Source: Takakia lepidozioides (lineage: Eukaryota > Plantae > Bryophyta). Taken from it: 64,000 nt of DNA. The translations under genes and the position numbers were made by a program. Below the pieces are notes generated by a model. That model was given only the letters and a program-made list of their open reading frames with translations. It had not been told where the DNA came from and did no database searches. The stretch spans positions 49,104,001-49,168,000 of the forward strand of contig CM060732.1 in NCBI GenBank assembly GCA_030704615.1. Reading direction: 5' to 3'. Numbering within the stretch: position 1 is the stretch's first letter; each line of letters starts with the position of its first letter. This document shows, in pieces, positions 38,290 through 50,900 of the stretch.

Positions 38290-40360
38290 AGATTGATCGC
38301 AGGATATGGATATGCACAGCAGGGGCGTGGTATCGAGGCTTTGGAGACATATGAGCAAATGATGGAGGAAGAGGTGAAGCCCAACCACATCACGTTTGTT
38401 TGCATTTGCAATGCGTGTGCGAGCCTGGCAGCCTTGGAAAAGGGCAAAGAGGTCCATGGTGACATTGTCAGATCTGGAATGGTACCAGATGTCATTCTGA
38501 ACACTGCCTTGCTGGATATGTATGCCAAATGTGGGAGTATTGAAGATGCAGAGGGAGTGTTCGACAACATGGCTGAATGAAATGTGGTGTCATGGAACGC
38601 GATGATCGTAGGATATGCACAACACGGGTGTGGGATGGAGGCTTTGGAGACCTATGAGCAAATGATGCGCGGAGGGGTGAAGCCCAACCATGTCACGTTT
38701 GTTTGCATTTGCAATGTGTGTGCGAGCCTGGAAGCCTTGGAAAAGGGCAAAGAGGTCCATGGTGATATCGTCAAAGCTGGAAAAGTACCAGACGTCATTC
38801 TGAACACTGCCCTGGTGGACATGTATGCCAAATGTGGGAGCATTGAAGATGCACAGGGGTTGTTCGACAATATGAGTGAACAAAATGTGGTGACGTGGAA
38901 CATGATGATTGCAGGATATGCAAGGACGTGGGATGGAGGCTTTGGAGACCTTTGAGCAGATGATGTGGGAAGGGGTGAAGCCCGACCGCATCATGTTTGT
39001 TTGTGTTTGCAAGGCATGTGCAAGCTTGGCAACTCTCGACATGTATGCCAAATGTGGGAGCATTGAAGATTCAAAGGGAGTGTTTGACACTATGGCTGAA
39101 CGTGATGTAAAGTCGTGGAATGCAATGATTGCAGGATATGCACAGCAGGGGCGTGGGACTGAGGCTTTGCAGATATATGAGCAAATGATGCAGGAAGAGG
39201 TGAAGCCCAACCACATCACGTTTGTTTGTGTTTTCAATGCATGTGCAAGCCTGGCAGCCTTGGAAAAGGACAAAGAGGTCCATGGTGACATCGTCAAAGC
39301 TGGTATTGTACCAAATGTCACTCTGAACAATGCCCTCGTGGACATGTATGCCAAATGTGGGAGCATGGAGGATGCAAAGGGAGTGTTCAACAATATGGCC
39401 GAACGAGATGTGGCGTCCTAGAATGCTATGATTGCAGGATATGCCCAGCATAGTTGTCATAGGGAAGCCCTGTAACACTTGAAGGAATGCAAACGGATGG
39501 CTTGAAGCTGGACAATATCACCTTTATATGTGTTATCTTTGCATGCAGCCACACTGGCCTACTGGATGAAGGAAGACGCTACTTTGATTCCTTGAGTCAA
39601 GATCATGGTGTCTCTCCGATAGTAAAACACTTTGGCTGCATGGTGGACCTTCTTGGACATATGGGGCAACTGGATGAGGCAGAGGAGCTCATTAACAAAT
39701 GCCAATGAAACCAAATGCTATGGTTTGGAGGGCCTTGCTTGGTGCCTGCAGAATCCATCGCAATGTGGAGATGGTTGAACGTGCTGCAACATCTATTCTC
39801 AAGTGGGATGAACAAGATGCCGCGACTTATGTGTTGCTATCAAACATCTATGTTGCAGCTGCCAGGTGGGATGATAGTGCAAATGTGAGAAAAATGATGA
39901 AGGTCAGAGGATTTAGGAAGGAGCCAGGTCGCTGCTGCATTGCGGTGGCAACAGGGTGCACATCTTTGTTGTAGATGACAAACTACATCCCAAAATTAAG
40001 GAAATCCATGCTTAGCTGAGAAGATTGTCTGGGCAGATGAAGGAGGCGAGGATGATAGTGCAAAGGTGAGAAAAATGATGAAGGTCAGAGAGGTTAGGAA
40101 GGAGCCAGGTCGCTGCTGCATTGAGGTTGGCAACAGGGCGCACACCTTTGTTGTAGATGACAAACTGCATCCCAGAATTAAGGAAATCCATGCTTAGCTG
40201 AGAAGATTGTATGGGCAGATGAAGGAGGCGGAGTATGTGCCTGACACATGCTTTGTACTGCAGATGTGGTGGAGGAGCAAAAATAATTTTCTCTCTATCA
40301 CCAGAGTGAGAAGCTGGCCATTGGTTTTGGGCTCATCAGCACGACCCCTAGGACGCCCTA
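38290..40360 (+). pseudogene. PLS-E-E+-DYW PPR pseudogene (RNA-editing factor type), DYW truncated
   Basis: Repeated DMYAKCGSIEDA / VSWNAMI.GYAQ / TFVCICNACASL motifs, E domain (VWRALLGACRIH, ATYVLLSNIY), two PG boxes, and LYHQSEKLAIGFGLIS. Several stops and frameshifts; no CxxC or DYW end. Confidence 0.9.
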
Positions 40361-41249
40361 GAAATTTCATGAATGCAACAGAGTGCATATCCATATTTTC
40401 TTCAAAGTGGGTCCAACTTCCATCTCAAACCTTGCATGCATGCATTCCTCCCATTCGGGATGGGAATGGTATTATACTCTTATGGTTTCATGATACCATT
40501 CATGACTAATGGAATCATTCCATTGTACAAGCACTTAGTCTGTATGCACATATGCACTCATACTTTCTGTATGTGTTTTCATTCATAGCATGATAACTTT
40601 TAACCGTCATCCATGACGGTTCATTCATCCCAAAGTTGCTCCAACTTGCATGTAAAAGCAATCGTGCATGCATCCATCCCAAAGTGTACACGTGTTGTGT
40701 AGGAAGGGATGGGGCTGCACACGTGTCCTTGGCACTTGATTGGGTGGCACTTGAATTGGAACGGTTCGGGCAGCCGGCGGAAGATGGTATATGGAACTTC
40801 CAAACGCAAATTGGAACATGGTACATGACTATATTACTAGAATGTCGGTTCTGTTATCAATTCTGGGCATTTTTTCAGATGCATGCAACAAAAAGGAAAG
40901 GACGTTTTACTTTCAGCAATTAGGAATGTGTGCGTTTGCATCCTCAATGATTTTGTGATCCCATTGTTCAACCTTTTTTGGTAAAAGAACTTTCAACTCC
41001 ATAATATATTTCCTGTGAAGCTGGTAACACCTGGCTTCCACGAATTCAGGACTCCAGCTGTTGACTGATGTACGCGGATGGTGATCATCACCATGAATAA
41101 ATCAACATTTTGCCCCAATAAGACTTTCCGCGAATTTGGTGCTCCAGCTGTTTGAAGATGTACACAGATGGTAACTATCACCATGATGGACTAACACACC
41201 CTGCAATCCAATACTTCAGCTGTTTGGTGATTCATTCTCCCCTGCAATG

Positions 41250-43073
41250 AATCTTCCCGTCAGTTTGGTGACATAGACAATCTCTTCAGCTCAGCATGGA
41301 TTTCCTCAATTTGTGGATGCGAATTCTCTTCTTCATGGATGTGTGCACCCGGTTGTCCACCTCAATGTAGCTGTGCTCTGGTTCTTTTCTCACACCTCTG
41401 TCCTGCATCATTTTTCTCACTTTTGCTGAATCGTCCCACCTGCCAGTTGCAGCATAGATGTTGATAGCAGCACATAAGTCGCAGCCTCCTGCGGATTCAA
41501 CTACAGGAGGCATTTTGCCACACGTTCGGCTACCGCCACATTGCCATGAATTCTGCAGGCACCAAGCAAGGCCCCCCACACTGAAGTACCTGGTTTGATA
41601 GGCATTCTATTGGCAAACTCCTCCGCATCAACCAATATTCCCGCACGCGCAAAAAGGTCCACCATGTGGCCAGAATGCTCCACTGTAGGAGCAAGGCCAT
41701 GAACTTGATTCATGTAATCAAAGTAGTGACAACCCTCATCCACTCGGCTTACATGGCTACATGCAGAGAGAACACAAATAAAGGTGACACTATTTGGCTT
41801 CAACCCTTTCTCTTGCATTTGTTCAAATAATTGAAGGGCGTCCCTGACACAACCATGCTAACCATATCCTGCAATCACCGCATTCAATGAAACCACATTC
41901 CGTTGAGCTATATTTTCAAACAGTTGAATGGCATCCTCCATGCTCCCACATTTTGCATACATGTTAACAAGGGCAGTGTCCAGAATGACATCTGCTAGGA
42001 TTCCAGCTTTGATTATCTCAGCATGTAGTTCTTTGCCCTTTTCCAGGCTTACAAGGCTGGCACAAGCATTGAGAAGATATATGTGACTTGTTGGGTGCCA
42101 CGCCTTCCTTGATCATGTGGTCATAGATGCCAAAAGCCTCCCTTCCACAGTGATTCTGAGCATATCCTGCAATCATAGCGCTCCATGACACAACATCACA
42201 CTCAGCCATGTTGTCAAACACTTCAAGCGCATCCTTCATGTTCCCACATTTGGCGTACATGTTTGTGAGGGCAGTCTCCAGGATGATATCCGGTGGAATT
42301 CCACATTTGATAATGTTAGCATGAACCTCTTTGCCCTTCTCCAGGGTTGCCAGGGTGCCACACGCCCTGAGAACGCAATTGAAAGTTATTTTGTCCAGAG
42401 TCACCTCTTCATGTATCATTTGCCCATACATCTCAAAAGCCTCCATACAACACCCATGATGAGTATAATGATCAAACACTTGACGCGCATATTGCATGCT
42501 CCCACATTTGGCATACATGTCAACAAGGATAGTCTCCATAATCACATCTGGTGCAATCCCAACTCTGATAATGTCGGCATGGACCCCTTTGCCCTTCTCC
42601 AGGGATGCCAGACAGGCACATGCTTTGCCAATGCATATGAATGTCACCTTATTGGGTGTCGTCCCTTCCTGCATCATTTGCTCATACATCTCAATTGCCT
42701 CCCTCCCGCACCCATAATTGGCATATCTTGCTATCATTATATTCCAGGTAAATATCACTCGTTTAGGCATGTTGTCAAACACTTGCCATGCATCCAGCAC
42801 GCTCCTGCACTTGGCGTACATGTTCATAAGGGTAAGAAGACTTTTGGCTTGAACCCAGTTCGGATAATGTGGGCATGCACCTGCTTTCCTTCTTCTAGGC
42901 CTTGCATGTTGATGCACTTCTGCAAGAGACAGACGTAAATGTCGGAGTCTGCCGAAATGTCTTGGCCGGTTCAAAATATGCACCGCGTCTTTCAGTCGCC
43001 CTGCCATACATAGTGTCCTTGCATCACCACACTGTGCTAGACCTTGTATCATGGCAGCCAGCTCTGCTTTCAC
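41250..43073 (-). pseudogene. PLS-E(+) PPR pseudogene
   Basis: GRLKDAVHIL, NMYAKC, TWNIMIARYA, VWGALLGACRIHGN, NIYAATGRWDDSAKVRKMM..KEPEHSYIEV, with frameshifts and stops. Confidence 0.9.
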
Positions 43074-43549
43074 CTAAGGAGGGTTCAACCGACCTGCTAT
43101 CCATTGCGCACTTATGTCTAAAGTCTGGTGATCTTGGACTTCTCTGTGAAAACCACCAGTGGGCCCCTGGGCAGCCATAGATTCAACCACATGGTGTTGG
43201 CAGATTGTGGGCATGTCTAGCTGCAATGGAAATTCATGCATCAGACAACAAATTGGACCCTATGCAAGCACAAACTTCTTCATGTGGGCCAGACATCCAC
43301 ATGATTGCAACTTACAATGCAATGCAACATGTTCATGTGGGCAACATTATACAAACACAATTCAATATGGAAGGTGAACGCAAAGTGCCAGGGGACGCGT
43401 TTGGAAGGCATGGAGAGAACTACTCTACAAGGAAATGCACGATGAGGGTAGCAGAACCCTGGATTAGGGTTGGAGTGTATGTGACGATGTGGCATATATC
43501 CCAACGTCCATTCTTTCTTCAGATTTGCCAATTGAATAGACGTCAGAAT

Positions 43550-43850
43550 GATTTTGAAAGAGGGCATGATGTATGCTTGGGATGCCATGTAGCATGGGGA
43601 GGATGAAGGCATGCAGGGGGGATGGAGGGCGATGCCATGCATGAGGGCAGGATGGGAGGAGGGATGGGAATGCGGGAGAGGGCACGTCTCATGTCCCGGA
43701 AGCGGGAACATGAGGCGCGGGAGGGTGTGCCGCGCGGTGTGCAGGCGTTGGAGGGGGGGGGTGGGCGTGGGGTGGGGGGGGGGTCCACGCTGGCGGAACC
43801 GGGCCCCTCGCATTCAACTCCAGGGCCCCATCTAATGCTTGGCGATTAAT
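43550..43850 (-). repeat. GC-rich TE-end-like repeat, copy 2 (inverted relative to 37325-37632)
   Basis: Near-identical reverse complement. The ORF track shows the same spurious peptide MRGARFRQRGPPP. Confidence 0.85.
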
Positions 43851-44539
43851 TTCAAGCGAATTTTCAGGTCCATTGAGGACTGTTTCTCAACCAGCCCAGA
43901 TTGTTAAAATTGAGGCCACCACACATGACAAAGCTACACAAAGAAGCTCAATTCAATCCACACCCAATAGTAGCAAGATCTGAGAGTGCATAGACTCCCG
44001 GGAATGTATTAATGGAAACCTCTGGACTTACACTTTGCAAATGTCCTCAGCCACTGTGAATGCGTCAAGCTAGCCAATTGACCCAAGCTGTGACCCACCA
44101 GAGATTATGAACAGTCATCCGCAGAGCATGACAACCAAATTTTTGACACAATCACCCTCGTCACCAAAGCTGTAGTTAAAGAAAACTGAATCTGTCTCTA
44201 GTTTTGGAGTTTCCACAGACTCCAAGATGCATCTCTTCTCATATTGAGTAATTGGGTAATTTAGAGAAGGGAGGGGTGCCTTTGTCATAGTAGTAGATAT
44301 GGTTGTTGGAGCTCACCTGTTAGAATAGCCAGCACCAAGGAGTCATGCCCCAATCCTTGATGACTTTTGGGAACACAAGTGGGCCCTTGTCCTTTCCCGT
44401 ACCATTGCTTCCACGGTTTCCAAGCCTACTCAGCATCCCCGGACTCGCACATGTGACGTACTTCATGTTGACAAGGGTACTTAGAATAGACAAAGGGTTT
44501 TCCTTGAACCCATTTTGAATCAGTCACGTTTCCACTATC

Positions 44540-46290
44540 ATCCCACCTGCCAGCTGCACAGGACATACTTGATAGGATCACCTAATCTTTACAGAGATCT
44601 GAATCCCTCTTAAGAATGTGACTTGCAACACGCTCTGCTACCTCAACATTGCCATGTGTTCTGCAGGCACCTAGCAAGGCCGCCCACGCAGAAGCACTTG
44701 GTTGAATTGAAGTGTTGTTGATAAAGTCCTCTGCCTCATGCAACCGCCCTGTGCGGCCAAGAAGGGCCACCATGCACCCAAAATGCTCCAATGTAGGTGT
44801 AAGGCCATGAACTCGACTCAAGCAATCAAAATGGCGACAGCCGTCATCCACCAGGCCACCGTGGCTACATGCAGAGATAACAGAAGTGAAGGTAATACAA
44901 TCCGGCTTCAAGCCTTCCTGTTGCATTTGTTCAAATAATTGGAGGGCCTCTCTACTGCACCCATGCTGGGCATATCCTGCAATTATAGCATTCCACGAGA
45001 CCACATCTCGTTTAGCCATTCTGTCAAACACTTGACGCGCATCATTGACACTCCCGCACTTGGCATACATTCCAACAAAGCTATTCTCCAACTTAGTATG
45101 TGACGAAATACCAGCTTTGATGATATGCCCATGGAGCCACCTGCCCTTGTCCAGGGCTCCAACGTTGGCACATGCATTCAGGACGCAAATTAACGTGACC
45201 CTGTTGGGTGTCACCCCTTCCCAGAGCATTTGCTCATAGATTTCAAGAGCCTCTTTGCAGTCCCCAATCTGAGTATAACCTGTGATCATCGCAGTCCACG
45301 ACACCACATCATGTTTAGCCATATTGTCGAACACTTGGCGGGCATCATTTACACTACCACACTTCGCATACATGTCAACAAGGGCATTCTCCAAATTAAT
45401 GTATGGTCCAGTTCCAGCTTTGATGATGTCAGCATGAATCAGCTTGACCTTTTCAAGGTCTACTAGACAGGCACAAGCATTGAGAGCACAAATGAACGTG
45501 ACCCTGTTGGGCATCGTCCCCTGTCGTTGCATTAGCTCATAAATATTGAGAGCCTCTTCACCATGTCCAGACTGAGTGTATCCAGCAATCATCACACTCC
45601 ATGAGACAACATCTCGTTCGGACATTTTGTCAAACACTTGACGCGCCTCCTTTATGCTCCCACATTTGGCATATGTGTCCATGATGGCGTTCTCCAAATT
45701 AACATATGACCCAATTCCAGAATTCATGATGTCAGCATGGACCTGCTTGGTCCTCCCCAGGGCTCGAAGGCTGGCACATGCATTTAGGATGCAGATAAAT
45801 GTCACCTGTTGGGTATCACCCTTTCCTTTTGCATTTGCTCGTAAATTCTGAAAGCCTCCTCTGCACACCCATGCTTGGCATATCCTGCCATCAGCATAGT
45901 CCAAGTGAATACGTTTCGTTGAGGCATTTCGTCAAACACTTGTTGTGCATCCACGATGCTCCCGCACTTGGCATACATGTTAACAAGCGCACTGACTACA
46001 AAGATATTTGGCTTGTAATCCCTCCGAATAAGGTGGGCATGCCCTCTGCCAGGGCTTTCATGTTGATACACTCCCGCAAGAGAGAGACATAAGTATTGGA
46101 GTCTCCCCAGACGCCTTGTTGGTCCAAGATGTCCACTGCCTCTTTCAGTCTTCCCTGCTCGCACAATGTCCTCACATCCCCCAGGGTGTCAGCTGTAATA
46201 TTGTTGAGTCCCTGTCTTGACCTTATTTTTAAAATGGTAGAGATGGCGGAGGTGCTACCCAGGCAGCCAGCCTGATGTGCAACAAGCATG
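44540..46290 (-). pseudogene. PLS-E PPR gene, frameshifted, likely a pseudogene
   Basis: GRLKEAVDILDQQG N-terminus, about 12 P/L/S motifs, and E domain AWAALLGACRTHGNVEVAE. Frameshifts near 46040 and 45810 and a premature end. Confidence 0.88.
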
Positions 46291-47973
46291 TGTCCCTGAC
46301 GCCATCCTGCATAACTCAAATCTCCTGGTTACAAGCTTTGGTTCAAAGTATCTCAAAACTCCTGGTTTCTTCTAAGAAAGATCCCCACACAAGGAGAAGG
46401 ACAGGATTACAACACCAATTTCGAGAGAATGAGAGAGGGAGAGAGAATTGCGAGCGGCATAACTAGAGAGCCAATTCGCCTAATAGGCACTTCCCTTATT
46501 AGTTCATGAGAGACTTGAAAACCCTTACAGTGATACAAAAAACATGACTAAAATCATGTCAAGTGATTCAACATAAAAACATAAGTCATTTCGGACAGTT
46601 TGAGGAAATCCTATTAACTTCTTTTTTTAATCCTATTAACGTTATTCTCTACTTACCATGCCAGGGAGCTGCCACGTCTGCTGAAAGTCTAGGAGCTGAC
46701 CTTGCTTATTAGGAAGACTTATTAGGTCGGAAGCTGACCTAATAATTTCCAATACAAAATAATAACCAAGTGACCGGCTGTAGGTGGTAACCCTAAAAGA
46801 CCAGGTAGAGTCCGTAAGTGGCGTTAAAGAGGGTGACCGGTCCTACTCGTCCATCGTTCTCGCACATGAGCAGCCTGCCTGTTGTGTGTGTGTGCACAAT
46901 CTCTGGGGCGGCCATGGGGTATTGTTCCCATTCGTTATCTCACCGTATCCCTTCCTCTGTTGTGGCGTTCAGGAATTTGAGCCATTTCTTTTTTCAGGTT
47001 TTGATTGTGTTGTTGATGCGTCCACGAGCGCTTTTTTCCGCATAGCACTATGGTTGCGTAACCCGTCCTCGCAAGCCCCTTGATTTGTTTATCTTGTGCG
47101 ATTTGTGATTTCCGGGGAACTTAGGTGCTGGCCTTCACTCGTAGCACAAAGAAATTTTTGCTTTCCCTTGCACTCGGCTATCCAAAGTGCCATCGTAGTT
47201 GCTAGGCCATCCGTCTGTCGTGTGGTTTTGATGGAATTCACGGCATTCAGGTCCAATGGCGTCGAAAGTGAGCAGGAATGGCATAATTCATGACATGTTT
47301 GGTGGTGTCAATATCTAGGCTCTGATGCCTATTTCATAGCCCCTTCTCTTTTTGTCTCTACTGATGCATATGTAGATCTGCCTTCAAATGCTCACGCGGT
47401 GTAACAAAGGCTGTGTCTTCCTTCTCCTAGTCCCTCCTGCTTTTGTCTCTCCCTCGTCGCAGTGAATTGTCGTGCCATTTCTATCCTTCTTTTGTACGGT
47501 GATCCTTTTGTTGCGCTACCATCTGTCTCTTCTCCTCCCAACTTGCTGTCGTAAAGTGTGGTCTGTCTTTTGTCGCTCCCAAATTACATTGTTCTTCCGG
47601 AGTTCTGGGAGTGTTGCTGGAGTTACAAGCTTTTTGACCCAAGTTCTACCTGTTTTCCCCTTACTTGATTAAAAACAAGCTATGTCCTATGAAGTCATTG
47701 TCGTCTTAGGTATTTCTGTTCAGTATTCGTCCTTTAGCAAGAAAGATCTAAGGTCGGGTGGTGTCTTCCACCGCCAGTTCAGAATTTACTCTCCACACCC
47801 GTTGTAGCAGAGTCCATGGTGGTGGGGAGATGCCCGCACAGCAATGATGTTAGAGAAACATCTAGCTAGGTAGGAAATCAGACAAAGAGAAAGTGCCAGA
47901 CAGATGCAAGGGAATGAAAGAGCAGGCCTATTCTGGACCTAGGTACAGGCGTTGAGGTCCTCCTATGCTTGCA

Positions 47974-50900
47974 ATGGATGAACTTGCAACTCGCTGTCAG
48001 GTACTCTCTCTCTCTCTCTCTACCTACGCACGTTTGTGGCATAATTGAACAGTTTCTCCTGTTGCAGATCGGGTAAAACTTCACCTAAATTGGTATAGGG
48101 GATTTGACGTTTCTAGTTAATTAGAGAAGAGAGTTCGTTATGCCTCCAAGACGTTTTGTTTTGGTAAGAACTTCATCTGTTGTATTGAAAGTCTTGCAGT
48201 GGTTCTCTGAGACTGGATATGGATGATTTGGTTATGCAGAGCCACTTGTCCTCCTTCCGAATCAAGGAGCTGAAAGATGTACTTTCGCTGCTTGGTCTAC
48301 CCAAACAAGGCAAAAAGCAGGTGCATTACTGCATCCTTTTTGAGTAAATTTATGGCAACTGAGGACCTCTTACTAAGCTTGGAAACAAGGTGCTTAGGCT
48401 CATAGCTTCTGTTCTCCTGAAAATGTCATGTAGCTCTAAAGCTCCCTTAATCACGTTTTTTTGTGTCTTTGGGAAGGTTGTTATAGCTGGCATTGTTGCT
48501 CTTCTGTCATTGGGATGTTTGGGACCAGTCACGCATGCAAACAAGATCCACATACTTACATCCACTGATGAAGTCAGTTGGGAATCTTAGCAGCTAGTCT
48601 CTGCTATCTAAGGAATGGTTGTACTATGGTGTCCTATGATTCATTGCTGCATCTTTCTTCTTTTGTTGTTCGTTGTTTAGTGTTGTCCCATTGTTCTCTG
48701 TAGGTTTTGTTTAGTAGGACAATCCACTGTTGCCACGATAAGGTTTTGCCCCCTTCAATTGGCTACATTACCAAATGTAAGCCTGGAGTGCTTGCTGTTA
48801 CACAAACACACATATATCTACGTGAGTGCTTCTAGTCCATGTAGGTCAGAAGGTGGGTACTATTGTACTCTTCATGCGATTCAGAATTTGCAGAGATGGC
48901 TTGGTAAGGGATTTCTAGGAGCGGGGAGTGTGATATGCTGTTGGATGTGTTCCGAGGGGTTAGAGGATCTACTGGGTTGTAGTTTTCCCTTGTGTAGGAA
49001 GAGGCCTCACGTTATTTCCCATTCATGACAGACTTTTCCCTTGCTCAGCCCAGGCCAAGATGTACTTCTTTCATCTCTCCCATCTTCAGTCAATACTGAT
49101 ACAATAATGTCATAGCTCTACAAGAGGGTTATCCCCAGATCTGAGATGACTCTGAATGACTTGGCGGTGCTTTGATAGTCTTACACTGAATGGTGCATGT
49201 TGGGGTTCTGCTAACCCTAACCTCTTCCTCAGTTCCTTAGGCATTATGTTTATATCTGAACCAAGTACATAGTAGTCACAGTTGTATGGATGCAGAGGTT
49301 TGTCCACTTGATTGTTATTAGCCCAACTGGACCCTGATTTACGGGAGGAGTCCCAATCTGTGCTGCTGCTGTTCTGCAGTTTGGCTGCTGCCACTGTAGC
49401 TTATTGCAGGTGTTCTTTCCTTCCAGTGGTCTCTTTTCCTGCATTGCTTCCTCTCGTCACACATCCCTCATGTAGGAGCTGGCTCTGGCAATTGCTCCAC
49501 TGGTTTCCAATCCTCCATTCAAGCTCATAAGTCCCCCGGCTGTCGTAATGGGCAGAGGGCCTAGCAGTTGCGAGTTCAGCCATGCTGTTTGTACTTGTAA
49601 ATTCCTGGTTTCAGTTGCATGCAACAGACCTTCAGTTGTCTGTTGCTTGAGGGAACATTTAATGACTTTTTAAGTCATTCCTGATGCAACTCTTTTATGG
49701 CTGAGGCCAGTTTGAGTTAGCACTTTAGACTAGGGCTCATGGTGGAAATTCACTTGCGGCACTGCCAGGTAAGGTTGCGCAAATGATGACAATGACCCTG
49801 CCAGGGTTTTTAAGCAGTAAGCAGGAAGCTCTGAGGTTCTTGGGAGTGAGAGCATGAACAATGCATCGTATGCCCATTGCCATTGGACTCCACAGCCAGC
49901 TCCATAACAAGCTTTAGCTTTTTGTCGGGCGTCTATATTGCAGGCCCTTCTATGCACTGACTAAGTGTCTTCTTTGGATTAGGAGGACAAAGCATCTATT
50001 TTGGCTTAGTTGATGGCTCATGAGCCATTTATACAGAACTAGGAATTTCAGGACGCAGGTGTTCTCCCACCTGTCCCTTTTCCACATTGCAGAGACCACA
50101 ATTGTCTTCCCTGTATTTGGGCTGTAAAACAAATGGCAGTGGTGTCCTGTGTAGGTTGCTTGCTGTGAAGTACAAGACTGTGAGATAGTCTGCTTGTTGC
50201 CAGGGGTTCTTGCTGCAGCTGCTACTGTGTAGTAGCATGGAACCTAAGTTGGAGAGGCATGCTGAGAGAGGCTGGCTTGTACAGCATTGGTAAGAGGAGT
50301 GCTCTCCTTTCCTGGTTCAGTACCTGCCTCTTTGTACACTATTCCTCGTGATAACCAATCAGACTGGGGGTATAGGTAGGTGTCAACACGAGCCCTGTGC
50401 TGAATATCAAGCTCTTCCCATTCAAGCTGGCCCCTCTCCTGTGTTCTGGCACAGTTAGTTGGATGAGCCCTGCCAGTCATTTTATCATTTTTTTTTCATG
50501 TTCTTCACACCCGTTTCAAAGGGAGCCATTTCAACTGGCAACATGTGTAGACTACACATAATGCAAGATTGGCATTCAGCTGACTGACCAGCTGCAAAGT
50601 GATGACATCATCACTTCGGTGCATTGATTGTCTACAGCTTCTTTCTTCTAGGCGTTCACCAAAATCCCTTGGAAGCTAGAGCTCTGTTCCTCTCCTTGAC
50701 TTTGCTGTCATGTTAGTACAAACCTGTGCTCATTGAGAATGAGTGGCTTATGCCCACAGTTTGAGAAGTCTTGTACGTTAGCAAGGGAGAAAAGGAGGAT
50801 GTAGAGCTGGAGAAAATAGAGGTGTGGGTGGGGCTTCTTGACTACCTTTCAGATGTCACGATGACTTGCAAGTAAATACTTTAAATGAGGTAGTTAACTA

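Noticed and set aside
38578-39480. PPR stop codons repaired by U-to-C editing
   Set aside because: The locus is nuclear, frameshifts are also present, and some stops are not C-to-T type.
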